This document shows, one piece after another, positions 18,450-26,877 of a stretch of DNA of 40,508 bases. The position numbers were made by a program, and so were the translations under genes. This DNA comes from a virus (lineage: Duplodnaviria; Caudoviricetes). Positions within the stretch are counted from its first letter, which is position 1. The number at the start of each line of letters is the position of its first letter. The notes under the pieces were generated by a model that was given only the letters and a program-made list of their open reading frames with translations, was not told the origin of the DNA and made no database searches. The stretch spans positions 1 to 40,508 of the IMG/VR virus record IMGVR_UViG_3300042904_000246; one strand, 5' to 3'.

Positions 18450-19016
18450 TTACCCCGCTACCGCGCGACCCTTCCCCGCCGGAGTCCGGCCAGGAAGAGA
18501 GATCAATTCCGTCCGCTCTTCCGCGGTCCGCTTCGAGCGCCCCTCGTCCGCGTTCTTCAGACCGAGCATGACGTCCGCCGACGAGAAGCGGGACGCGGAA
18601 TCCCATTCGTCCGCAATCGCCTTCTGCGCGTACTGCACCGAGGCCCGGTTCCGATCGTCAATCGTCGCCTGCCGGCTCGCGCGGAGCCGCTCGTTGTGCG
18701 CGAGGACGCGGTCCACGGCGGACTCCCCATCCTGCCGCGCGCGGGCGATCGAAATACAGATGAGATCCCAGGGCACATTGCCGCGGTATGGCTTGCCGTA
18801 ATCGTCGGAGCACTCCACGAGCGGCACCCAGCCGGCCTGCACCGTGGACGGCCCCCAGATCTCGTACACGCCCCGCTTCCGGTTCAGTCCGGCAATCAGG
18901 TTCGGATCGATGGACCGCAGCCGCACCGTGCCGCGTTGCGCTTCCGGGTCCCGGGCATCGAACCAGATCGGCAGGATCCGCCCATGCCCGCGCATGCTGT
19001 TCGGGGACTCGTTCAC
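18450..19016 (-). CDS. Hypothetical protein in the head module (188 aa)
   Basis: Coupled GTGA overlap; globular-looking sequence (LRSIDPNL..YEIWG). Confidence 0.7.
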   Translation of the reverse strand: MNESPNSMRGHGRILPIWFDARDPEAQRGTVRLRSIDPNLIAGLNRKRGVYEIWGPSTVQAGWVPLVECSDDYGKPYRGNVPWDLICISIARARQDGESAVDRVLAHNERLRASRQATIDDRNRASVQYAQKAIADEWDSASRFSSADVMLGLKNADEGRSKRTAEERTELISLPGRTPAGKGRAVAG

Positions 19017-19255
19017 GCGGACACCTCTTCGCTTTCCGTTTCCACCTCTGCGCCGTCCGTCTCGACCGCTGCCGCGGGAGCCGCTTCCGGCAGGAGTTCG
19101 TCTAATTCGGCCACTTCGAGCGCCGTCAAAAGCTCGTCCAGTTGCGTGATCCGCCCCTTTAAATGGTTCAGATCGGCGATCGATTGCATTTGCAACCGCT
19201 CGAATTCTTCTTGCAGCGTCGCGCGCCGCTCGGTGAGTTCTTGTCGGGAGAACAT
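19013..19255 (-). CDS. Small acidic coiled-coil protein (80 aa)
   Basis: Heptad Leu pattern and acidic tail; stop overlaps the next start. Confidence 0.65.
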   Translation of the reverse strand: MFSRQELTERRATLQEEFERLQMQSIADLNHLKGRITQLDELLTALEVAELDELLPEAAPAAAVETDGAEVETESEEVSA

Positions 19256-19273
19256 AGGGGAGAAAATCTCAAA

Positions 19274-19305
19274 GCGCCGGCGGACCGCAGGGGATCCGCC
19301 GGCGC
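19274..19305 (-). terminator. Probable intrinsic terminator after the capsid/decoration genes
   Basis: 11-bp stem gcgccggcgga / tccgccggcgc followed on the minus strand by TTTGAGATTTT. Confidence 0.7.
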
Positions 19306-19309
19306 CCGG

Positions 19310-19594
19310 TTAGCGTGACTTGAACGCTAGATAGTTCCACGTCAGCGAGGCGCCGTTCACGGCGCCCGCGGTGAAGTTGGCTAGCCGGATCCGAAGCGTA
19401 TCAGCCGCCGGGACGGAACACCCCTGGTAGGCTAACCCCGTATCCAGCGCGCCGGCGGGATTGGCGAACACCACCATGTCGGTAGTGAGCCCCGGTACGG
19501 TGACGTCGGTGTTGCCCGAGACGCCCGCGGCCAGGGATGCAGGATCCACCGCCACGGAGCCCGAGATAAACGTTTGCTCGCGCACTCTGCCCAA
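19310..19594 (-). CDS. Small beta-rich virion protein, probable capsid decoration (94 aa)
   Basis: DPASLAAG..DVTVPG..V.AADTLRIRLANFT..VN pattern; directly after the capsid gene and before a terminator; TTG start with AGAGGGG SD. Confidence 0.6.
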   Translation of the reverse strand: MGRVREQTFISGSVAVDPASLAAGVSGNTDVTVPGLTTDMVVFANPAGALDTGLAYQGCSVPAADTLRIRLANFTAGAVNGASLTWNYLAFKSR

Positions 19595-19662
19595 AGTAAC
19601 CCCCTCTTACTGCGAGAGCGCGCCGACGTTGCCGCCGGCGCGCTGTTGACTACCGCCCCAGG

Positions 19663-20913
19663 TTAGAGGGTGTGCGAGACGTCCTGAAGCACGCTGTGCG
19701 AATTGCACGCGTAGGCGCCCATGTTCCGGCTCGTAAATAGCCAGCTTTCGAACGCGTGCGTGCGATCCGTGATCCGCAATTTGCTGCCGTCGCGATCTTC
19801 CCACTGGAAATCTTCCAGGATCGCGAAGAAGAGGTCGTCCTCGTTCAGCGCCACCACCTCATGCGAGCGGGAGAACTGATCGCACAGCCACGGCTTCTGA
19901 CCGTCCGGAGTGGTCCAGGCAACGGCTTTGTAACCGTTATCGAGAGTCATCTCCTTCATGTCCGCCTTGCGGTCCGCGCGAATGTAGGACGCGGCCCGCT
20001 GCTGGATCTCGAGCGGGGAATACAGGACACTCGGCCATGTCCCGTTCCCGTTGTTCCAGGCCGTGGAGCAGAGCGTATCCATGAGTTCCGGCGTCCAGGC
20101 GCGCAGGGTGCCTTCGCCCGCCGGGTTGATGAGTACGTTCGCCTGGAGCATGGGCACATCGCCGCGCGCCAACCCCTGAAAGGTCGCCACGCGCCCGCCG
20201 TCGTCCACGATCCCGCCCAACCCCATGACTGTCTTACCGCGGGTTCCCGCGCGGAAGATATAGTCGGCGTTGGCCGTCGTACCCGCACTGTCTACGGTGA
20301 ACGTCGCGGTGGATCCGGTCACGGAAGCCACCTGCATGCCGGCGCCGTGCGCGGTCCCGCCAGTCAGCGCGGTAAACGCATCGACCAACATATTTTTCCG
20401 GATATACCGGGTGCCCATCGCGCCGGTGACGCTGGACGGCACCTCCGCGACGAACGTAGTACCGGACACGCCGCCGGACGACTTCAGCCGGCAGAGATCG
20501 CCATGACCGGTGCCATAGATGGTATTCCAGGCCAGATCATGGGTGAGTTCGTTGCGGGCGCCCTCGACTTCCAGATCGAGCGCGGACTCGAAGGAGCCGT
20601 CGCCCTTACCGGCCTGTGACATCACCTGCGCCGTGAGTTTCACGATCGCGTAATGATGCTTCATGGCCAGTTCCATGTTCTGGAGCGAGCTGTTGCCGGC
20701 CAACGGCAGGGTCTCCCCTTCACCGCGGGCGCCAACGCCCTGCGTATTGCCTTCGGACGCGGCGAAAACGAACTTCTCGCCCTTGAACTGCTTCTTGTCC
20801 GTGATTTTCGCCAGACGATTCCACATGGGCCGCGTCTGGTTGAACCACGTCTTGATACCCGGTAGGTACACTTCCTGTAGGAGTGCCCCGAGAGTGGTTG
20901 TATCTGCTGCCAT
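19663..20913 (-). CDS. Major capsid protein (416 aa)
   Basis: Size, position after the scaffold, and motifs LQEVYLPGI..FN, GARGEGETLP, YGTGHG, MGLGGIV, MTLDNGY typical of HK97-fold capsid proteins. Confidence 0.85.
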   Translation of the reverse strand: MAADTTTLGALLQEVYLPGIKTWFNQTRPMWNRLAKITDKKQFKGEKFVFAASEGNTQGVGARGEGETLPLAGNSSLQNMELAMKHHYAIVKLTAQVMSQAGKGDGSFESALDLEVEGARNELTHDLAWNTIYGTGHGDLCRLKSSGGVSGTTFVAEVPSSVTGAMGTRYIRKNMLVDAFTALTGGTAHGAGMQVASVTGSTATFTVDSAGTTANADYIFRAGTRGKTVMGLGGIVDDGGRVATFQGLARGDVPMLQANVLINPAGEGTLRAWTPELMDTLCSTAWNNGNGTWPSVLYSPLEIQQRAASYIRADRKADMKEMTLDNGYKAVAWTTPDGQKPWLCDQFSRSHEVVALNEDDLFFAILEDFQWEDRDGSKLRITDRTHAFESWLFTSRNMGAYACNSHSVLQDVSHTL

Positions 20914-20976
20914 GATCCTAACTTCCCCCCGGTCCGCAGTAGGGTGCCCCCGCGGTTCCCGGTTAACTGGACGAGA

Positions 20977-21981
20977 CTAGCCGGCCTGCGCCCCTCGCGT
21001 CGCCAGGAATTCCCGCACGGCGTCGCGCCGGCCTTGCCGGTCTACGCCCTTGTCGTAAATCCCTGGAGCCGCGGGAACCGCCGCCCCGCCGCCGCCCGTT
21101 GCTACCGGGACCCGCGCGTCGCCCTGTTTTTCCGTGCTATATTTAGCGATCGCGTTCCGCGTCGTTTTCTCGATCCCTTGCGCGAAGCGTTCCGCTACTT
21201 GCGCCAAGGTTACTTCCTGCCCCGACCCCGCTTCGAGCGCGTATTGAGCATAAATCGCCTGCTGGAATTCCGGCTCGCCGAGCACCGGAAACCGGTTTAC
21301 GGACGCCGTCATTTCCGCTTCGAGCGACTTCTCGATCGCGCGCTGTTCTGACTCCGCCGTACTGCGGTCGATCTGCTCAAAGCGCCCTTCCATCTCCGCC
21401 AAGCGCGCTTCCTTCTCCGCCATTTGCGCGGTGAAGGCTTCGCTTTGATCGAAGATTTTCGCGAGCGCCGCGAGCGTTTCCGTAGACGCGGTATCCGGAT
21501 CGACTCCGGCGTCCCGCACGTAGGATTCGAACCGCTCTTCTCGCGTGAGTTCCGGTTCAGGCGGCGTAACTTCCGCCGCCTGTTGCGCTTCCGCCTGGAC
21601 GAGCCGCGCCGCGATTTGCGTCGTGGTAAGTCCCTGCTTCTGGAGATCGAGGATTAACGGCGCGTATGCGCCCAGCTCCTGCAATTGCGTTTCCAAAGCG
21701 CGCCGTTTGTCGGTCTCCTCGCGGAGCCGATAGGACGGCACGGTCGCGGGTTCTTCGGCCGGAGCTGCGACGGGTTTATCCGCCGTTTCCGCTGCCGGAG
21801 TTGCCGCCTGTTCGGGCGCTGTCGCGGGCTTGACCTCGGCGGGCGTTTCCGCCCTCGCTGCCAAGAACTCGCGGGCCCGAGCCCGGGTTTCGCTCCAATT
21901 CGCAGGAGGAGACGATTCCTCTCCACCGGTGTCTACCGGCGCCGCTATCGTCACGGTTTCTTGAGCTGCCTCGGGTTCCAT
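20977..21981 (-). CDS. Capsid scaffolding protein (about 334 aa)
   Basis: Acidic Ala/Glu/Pro-rich N-terminus, TVPSYRLREE..KRR motif, coiled coils; immediately upstream of the capsid gene. Start moved from 22092 to ATG 21981. Confidence 0.75.
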   Translation of the reverse strand: MEPEAAQETVTIAAPVDTGGEESSPPANWSETRARAREFLAARAETPAEVKPATAPEQAATPAAETADKPVAAPAEEPATVPSYRLREETDKRRALETQLQELGAYAPLILDLQKQGLTTTQIAARLVQAEAQQAAEVTPPEPELTREERFESYVRDAGVDPDTASTETLAALAKIFDQSEAFTAQMAEKEARLAEMEGRFEQIDRSTAESEQRAIEKSLEAEMTASVNRFPVLGEPEFQQAIYAQYALEAGSGQEVTLAQVAERFAQGIEKTTRNAIAKYSTEKQGDARVPVATGGGGAAVPAAPGIYDKGVDRQGRRDAVREFLATRGAQAG

Positions 21982-22065
21982 GTCTCTCTTCTGTCGGTGG
22001 AACAACGGCGCTATGCCGTTTGTTGAACGTGTTTCGCCGGCTCGTGCGTCATGGCTTAAATAGCA

Positions 22066-22113
22066 CAACACCGCGGAAAGTCGGGGTATCAATCCCGACC
22101 GGCCGCGGTGTTG
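22066..22113 (-). promoter_or_regulatory. Long two-part hairpin in the intergenic leader of the scaffold gene
   Basis: caacaccgcgg (22066-22076) pairs with ccgcggtgttg (22103-22113); inner gtcggg (22080-22085) pairs with cccgac (22094-22099). Confidence 0.55.
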
Positions 22114-22139
22114 CCTGGACGCTTTAGGTGGAGGAAAGG

Positions 22140-22760
22140 TTAAGCGGTAAAGCTTAAATCATCGAAGCGCGCGCTCCCGTCCAGCCCGTAATCTGTGCCG
22201 ATCCCGACCCGCGCGCCGGTTAATTGAAACGCACTCGTCGTATCGATTACGAGTACTTCGTTCACGTAAACCTTAATAGCAGTACCGAGTAAGACGATCT
22301 CCACCGCATCGCCCGCCACCGCCGCCCCTGGCGAACCAGAGCCCAGCGCGACGACGACGCCCTCGTCATACGTATAGAGCTGGTACGGGGCAATCGTGGA
22401 GCACTCCAGATAGATGAACTCCGTCGCCCCCACCGCGGCGCGCACCACGCCCCAAGCCGCGCCGCCACTGCCGCCGGCCGGATCCGCCAGCGTGAACGCG
22501 AAGGTGCCGTCCGCGGACGCCGGCAGCGTCGCCACGTTGATCCCGCTGTCGTCCGCGGAGCAATACGCCTGATTCCCGTTAATGCCCCAGGTGCCCCGGT
22601 CCGCGGTCCACGCCTGCCCCGAGTCCGCCGTCCCCAGCGAGCCCGCCGAGTTCGCGCGGTTGAACGTATCCGACACCAGTTCGACGGGACCCGCCGGCGA
22701 GCCCGCCGACGCCCCGCGATTCACCCCCAGCCAAACGATTCTGCCAGTACCGCCACGCAT
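22140..22760 (-). CDS. Concanavalin A/lectin-like beta-sandwich protein, probably structural (206 aa)
   Basis: DTFNRAN..LGTAD.GQAW..GTWGI.GNQAY start and IKVYVN..VID..RVGI..RFDDL end; start moved to ATG 22760, right after the upstream stop. Confidence 0.65.
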   Translation of the reverse strand: MRGGTGRIVWLGVNRGASAGSPAGPVELVSDTFNRANSAGSLGTADSGQAWTADRGTWGINGNQAYCSADDSGINVATLPASADGTFAFTLADPAGGSGGAAWGVVRAAVGATEFIYLECSTIAPYQLYTYDEGVVVALGSGSPGAAVAGDAVEIVLLGTAIKVYVNEVLVIDTTSAFQLTGARVGIGTDYGLDGSARFDDLSFTA

Positions 22761-22762
22761 GA

Positions 22763-23347
22763 TTAATCCTGAAGCACTTTCAGCCGCACCGTGAATTTCT
22801 CCGCCGAAACCGGCGTGTAGGAATCGCGGTGTACCAGCACCCCATACAGATCCGTGCTCGCGGCGCCGCACTTAAAGGGTAGGTTTTGCGTGAGCGCCGT
22901 ATAAACGCAGCTCCCATCGGCGCCCGAGGCCGGATTCCCGACGTAGGGCGTCGCGTTGACGTCCACGATCCCGATCAAGGTTTCCATCTCCGCATCACTC
23001 GGGGCAAAGGCCACGTTATCGACCTGCGCGGCCGGCGGAGTGTCGAAGAGCCAGAGTTCCAGGTTCGCCTTCGCCGCCTGATTCGCGCTATCGATAATCA
23101 GCACGTCGATAATAACGCCCGTCAGCCCCACCCGGCGCGCCATGTCCTCGAAGGTGAGAACGTGGGTCGCCGCCGTGCCAATCACATCGCCGGACGCGTA
23201 CGGCGTCGTATTGGCCGGACGCGTCACGGACGCCGCGATTACGTCCGCCATGCCGCCGGCGACGTGCATGGGGATCTTGGTCCCGTCCCCCTGATCCAGA
23301 TAGACGCACGGACCGGAACCATGCTGTGACGTCTCGGTGTATCTCAT
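22763..23347 (-). CDS. Beta-rich putative structural protein (194 aa)
   Basis: VTRPANTTPYASGDVIG..LELWLFD..LYGVLV..YTPVSAE; strong AGGAG SD. Confidence 0.65.
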   Translation of the reverse strand: MRYTETSQHGSGPCVYLDQGDGTKIPMHVAGGMADVIAASVTRPANTTPYASGDVIGTAATHVLTFEDMARRVGLTGVIIDVLIIDSANQAAKANLELWLFDTPPAAQVDNVAFAPSDAEMETLIGIVDVNATPYVGNPASGADGSCVYTALTQNLPFKCGAASTDLYGVLVHRDSYTPVSAEKFTVRLKVLQD

Positions 23348-23356
23348 CTCATCTCC

Positions 23357-24658
23357 TTAAACCCAGAACCCGGGACGTCCCGGCCGGCGGAAGAACCGCC
23401 GCGTTACCGCTGCCACTACCTCGACGACGTCGCCGCCTAACACCGTCGCCGTCTGCCCGAGCCAGGAAGCGGACGCCGGACCCGCCGGAACGCCCGTAGC
23501 CAGACTCAGCGAAACCGTGAGAGCGGACCATGTCGCCGCCGCCGCGGTAGCCGTGAGGGTCCGCAAGGAAGTCGGGACGGCAGGTTGCGCTACCCAGCTC
23601 CCCGCCGGCGCCGCCGCGGTCACCGTCACCGCAGCGAGGCGCGTCGCCGCCTGCGCTACCCAACTTCCCACCGCCGCGCCCGCCGCCAGCAGGATTCCGT
23701 TCGTCACGGTTGCCGCCTGCGCCACCCAACTCCCCGCCGCGGCCGTCGCCGTCACCGTCGCCCCACCCGGAACCACCGGCGCCGCTTGGCCGGTCCAGGT
23801 AGCCACCGCCGGACCGCCAGCGAGCCGCGCCACAGCGAGCCGCGCCACCACCTGCGCCACCCAGCTCCCCGCCGCGGCCGTTGCCGCCACGGTCCGCACC
23901 GTAGCCACCGCCGCGGCTTGCCCGGTCCAGGTAGCCGCCGCTGCCGCCGCCGTCAAAGTCGCATTGCTCGCAGAAGAGATCTCCTCTAGCAAGCTGCCCC
24001 AGCCGCGTATACCAAAAGGTTGCACCGGCGGATGATTGAACCGCACAGCCCCCGTTACCGTGCCGGTATTGCCGTTCGAGGAAAGATCCTGCTCGCTGCT
24101 GTCGCCGCCCCAGAGCGGCCAGTAACCATCAACCGCGCCCAGCGCATGGGGCAGTATCCCCGCGTGATACGCCGTCCGCTCGTTCGCCGACCATACTCGA
24201 TCACAGATTGTCACCTCGGCCGCAGCGCCGCGCGCGTCCAGTGATAGCCCCGAGAAGTTCCCAATGTAGCGCGTGGCGGTCGACGTGAACGTCGTCACCG
24301 CTGACATGGTCCCAATCTGGACGTTGTTCAGATACAGGAACGCGTTACCGCTGCCGGTGTCCCAGGTAAGTACCAGCGAGTTCCACGCATTTTGATTGAG
24401 CGTGTAACTTCCGGACACCACACTAACCCGGCGATCTGATCCCGCCGTAATCCAGCCGCCGTACAGAATACTCGCCGAGCTCTTGTAAATCTGAAAGACG
24501 TTCGAGCCGTTATTCCGGACGTCGAAAATCACATGATCGACCCCGTCCGTCTGCACCCAGGTAGGGCGGAACCAGAGCGCGAGGGTGCCCGTAGTGGTAG
24601 GGATCGCTCGCGTGCCAACCGCGATGCCGTGGCCAGTAGCCGTAAACGAGCGAGCCAT
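23357..24658 (-). CDS. LamG/ConA-like domain protein with Ala/Thr/Val-rich repeat stalk (433 aa)
   Basis: TLALWFRP, WNSLVLTWD..LYLNNVQ, EVTICDRVWS..E, GYWPL..DLSSNGNTGT are LamG-type motifs; the C-terminal half has eight W-containing repeats. Confidence 0.8.
   Translation of the reverse strand: MARSFTATGHGIAVGTRAIPTTTGTLALWFRPTWVQTDGVDHVIFDVRNNGSNVFQIYKSSASILYGGWITAGSDRRVSVVSGSYTLNQNAWNSLVLTWDTGSGNAFLYLNNVQIGTMSAVTTFTSTATRYIGNFSGLSLDARGAAAEVTICDRVWSANERTAYHAGILPHALGAVDGYWPLWGGDSSEQDLSSNGNTGTVTGAVRFNHPPVQPFGIRGWGSLLEEISSASNATLTAAAAAATWTGQAAAVATVRTVAATAAAGSWVAQVVARLAVARLAGGPAVATWTGQAAPVVPGGATVTATAAAGSWVAQAATVTNGILLAAGAAVGSWVAQAATRLAAVTVTAAAPAGSWVAQPAVPTSLRTLTATAAAATWSALTVSLSLATGVPAGPASASWLGQTATVLGGDVVEVVAAVTRRFFRRPGRPGFWV
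23440..23965 (-). repeat. Eight ~22-aa repeats (consensus AAAxSWxxQ) in the LamG protein
   Basis: Cores TWTGQ, SWVAQ, TWTGQ, SWVAQ, SWVAQ, SWVAQ, TWSAL, SWLGQ; DNA repeats such as gcgcYacccaRctYcccRccg. Confidence 0.8.
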
Positions 24659-24662
24659 AGCG

Positions 24663-24917
24663 TTAGGTCAGCCCAACGCGTGCCATCACGCAGCGGACGA
24701 ACAACACCTTCTTCTCCAGGGCCGAAGACGTACTCCTGAACGGCTCGGGCAGCGAGGCCACGAAGTCGTTCTGGTGGGCTTCGATCCACTCGTCACACGC
24801 CGCCGCCGCCGCTTCCCAGTCCGCACAGGTCATATTGGCCGTGCGGCTCTCTTCGCCGTAGTGCTTCCGCGTGATCGTGCGGGCCAGTTCCTTGCGCTGT
24901 TCAGTGGTGAGAGCCAT
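24663..24917 (-). CDS. Small helical hypothetical protein (84 aa, MALTTEQRKE...)
   Basis: ATG 24917 with GGGAG SD just after the upstream stop; the longer track ORF overlaps the neighbouring gene. Confidence 0.65.
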   Translation of the reverse strand: MALTTEQRKELARTITRKHYGEESRTANMTCADWEAAAAACDEWIEAHQNDFVASLPEPFRSTSSALEKKVLFVRCVMARVGLT

Positions 24918-24922
24918 ACCGC

Positions 24923-25450
24923 TTACTCCCAGATAATCGCCGGTATTACCGTCAAGGTCTGCGCCAGTGTCCAAGAGGAGGTCTCGAACGTCAGGTCCAT
25001 CGCCACGATCTCCCCCGCTACGAGGGTGTCCGCGTTCAGGGTCCACTTCGCTTCCAGGTATTGATCGTTGTCCGCCGTGCCCCACACCAGCGTATCGCCG
25101 GCAGCGGGAGTGCCCGCCGCACCCGCCCGCGCGTCCGGCGTCGTCGATTCCGCGTTCAGCGTCGCGCCGGAAGGGGACTCCCCGACCGCCACGCTCGCCC
25201 ACTTGGGGTTCACGCGAATCACCCCGCTAATCGCATTCGCCAGACACAACAGCCGGAGTTTGCCGGTACCAGCCGGCAGAGTCGGCGGCAGTTGGAAGCG
25301 GAGCCGCCAGATCGCATCCGCCCCGAGCGAGGCTTCCACCCCGAGTCCCACGTCGTGTTTGCTGTTCGCCCCCGCGCCCACATGGACGTTCGGGAAGACC
25401 CGGCTGCTCACCGGGTAGGCACTGGAAGGATGGAGTGGTCCGGCAGCCAT
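24923..25450 (-). CDS. Beta-rich putative structural protein (175 aa)
   Basis: AGGGG SD; alternating beta-strand pattern; part of the lectin/fibre block. Confidence 0.65.
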   Translation of the reverse strand: MAAGPLHPSSAYPVSSRVFPNVHVGAGANSKHDVGLGVEASLGADAIWRLRFQLPPTLPAGTGKLRLLCLANAISGVIRVNPKWASVAVGESPSGATLNAESTTPDARAGAAGTPAAGDTLVWGTADNDQYLEAKWTLNADTLVAGEIVAMDLTFETSSWTLAQTLTVIPAIIWE

Positions 25451-25459
25451 AGGTTCCCC

Positions 25460-25903
25460 TTACGTGTTCAGCGTGAAGACGCCCGCTGCGGCAAACTGCA
25501 CCGTAATATCCCCACCGTTCGTCGCCGTATCGGTGAGATCCAGAATACAGATAACCGGTGAGTCTCCATCGACCGTGACTTCTTTATAGACGAACGCCCA
25601 GCCCACCGTTTGACCGGACGCAAGCGCCGAGAAGAGCGCGTCCGCCGCGTCAAACTGAATCTGATTCGTCCCGCCGTCGACTTCGGTAACGGTTTTACTG
25701 CCCAGCGTTTGCCGAGAGTAACCAGAGACCGAAATTTCGTTAGTCGCCGGCACGAGATCGGACACGAAGTTAATCGTCCGATCCGGCGCCGCGGAGCTTT
25801 TCAGTAGTCCGATCTTGATCGTATCGGACGTGTAGGTTACGCTATTCGTCGCGCCCTTATGACCCATGACCAGCGCGCCGCGGTTCGTCAGGAAATCCGC
25901 CAT
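25460..25903 (-). CDS. Putative virion structural protein (147 aa)
   Basis: DTIKIGLL, GYSRQTL, FDAAD..F, DSPVI, TNGGDITVQF...GVF pattern, which I recall from small phage structural proteins near fibre genes. Confidence 0.7.
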   Translation of the reverse strand: MADFLTNRGALVMGHKGATNSVTYTSDTIKIGLLKSSAAPDRTINFVSDLVPATNEISVSGYSRQTLGSKTVTEVDGGTNQIQFDAADALFSALASGQTVGWAFVYKEVTVDGDSPVICILDLTDTATNGGDITVQFAAAGVFTLNT

Positions 25904-26238
25904 TAATCGACCCTCCGCAGCGTGAACCGCGCTTCGAATACGGCGCGTTTAATGAGCCGCCGTCCACCGCCCGCCGGCGCGACGAGGTAATCTCCGGCTT
26001 CCATCTCGAAATCGCCATGCTCCGTGCAGAGCAAGCCGGGAGTTTGGCGCTGATAGGCCCGCAGCACCGCGCCGGTTTCCGCGTCTTCGTATTCCGGCCA
26101 TTCGCCGCCGGAACCCGCGCGTACCGCCTGCGCCGGCGCCGGAGCATAGAGATCGGTGAGCGACGCCGGCGCCGGCGTCACCACTTCCGGCGTTTCCGCC
26201 GCTTCGTCTTTACTGCCGCCCCAGCCGAAAAGTCTCAT
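25903..26238 (-). CDS. Hypothetical protein (111 aa)
   Basis: TEHGDFEMEAGDYLV..IKRAVFEARF resembles a common phage 'TLEG..GDYI' motif; TAATG coupling to the next gene. Confidence 0.6.
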   Translation of the reverse strand: MRLFGWGGSKDEAAETPEVVTPAPASLTDLYAPAPAQAVRAGSGGEWPEYEDAETGAVLRAYQRQTPGLLCTEHGDFEMEAGDYLVAPAGGGRRLIKRAVFEARFTLRRVD

Positions 26239-26302
26239 AATCGCATCGCTGCCCCCAGACTCCAGTATAAAACACCCACCCCGAAAGCGCGGGAATGAAC
26301 GC

Positions 26303-26719
26303 TTAATCACCCGCGAGGAGCACGTCCCGCCAAGAAAGCATGCAGCCCTCTTCCGGACGCCAACCCTTAACCTTGACCTGCACCCGCGCCGCCAACACCA
26401 GCGCCCGCCAGTTCCATTCCCGGGCCTGCTCCAGCCCCCACCAGTACGCCGCGGACAGCCAGTAGAGCCCGCCCACCCGCACAAACCGCCCGGTGAACGT
26501 CCGGTATTGAAACGAGATCATGCGGCACGGAAACGGAAACATGCGCTCGAGTCCGCCGTGCCGCTTCAGCAGGGAATACGGCACCCGCAGCGGACGCCAC
26601 ATAGCGCCGCGCCACTCAAACGCCACGGTGCGCGGTCCGTCGAAATGAACTACGATAACTGCATCCTGCGAGCCCGGGAGCCCATGGATTACGCATCCTG
26701 TCGGGAGACGTTCCGCCAT
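26303..26719 (-). CDS. Hypothetical Trp/Arg-rich protein (138 aa, MAERLPTG...)
   Basis: ATG 26719 overlaps the TAA of the upstream micro-gene. Confidence 0.55.
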   Translation of the reverse strand: MAERLPTGCVIHGLPGSQDAVIVVHFDGPRTVAFEWRGAMWRPLRVPYSLLKRHGGLERMFPFPCRMISFQYRTFTGRFVRVGGLYWLSAAYWWGLEQAREWNWRALVLAARVQVKVKGWRPEEGCMLSWRDVLLAGD

Positions 26720-26877
26720 TAGTAGCGGCCTCCGCCGCCCATCCCCTGCGCCATTTTCATGGCCACCATGGCGCGCTGTTCCTGCTCCGAAGGTTTCTTG
26801 CTGCCCTTCTTCTTCGCACAGTCCGCACACACGCCGCCGCCCTTCTGACCCTTCCCGCACCCTTTACACTTGCTCAT
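26719..26877 (-). CDS. 52 aa basic CxxC..CxxC micro-protein (not in the ORF track)
   Basis: MSKCKGCGKGQKGGGVCADCAKKKGSKKPSEQEQRAMVAMKMAQGMGGGGRY; TAATG overlaps at both ends. Confidence 0.7.
   Translation of the reverse strand: MSKCKGCGKGQKGGGVCADCAKKKGSKKPSEQEQRAMVAMKMAQGMGGGGRY

Noticed and set aside
21982-22092. N-terminal extensions given in the track for scaffold and for ORFs 22140, 24663, 25903, 26303, 36785 and 37402
   Set aside because: They overlap neighbouring genes or hairpins; internal starts with an SD or stop-start coupling fit better.
26255-26300. Promoter (TATACT) or terminator upstream of the 111 aa gene
   Set aside because: No matching -35 and only a weak hairpin; cannot be supported from sequence alone.
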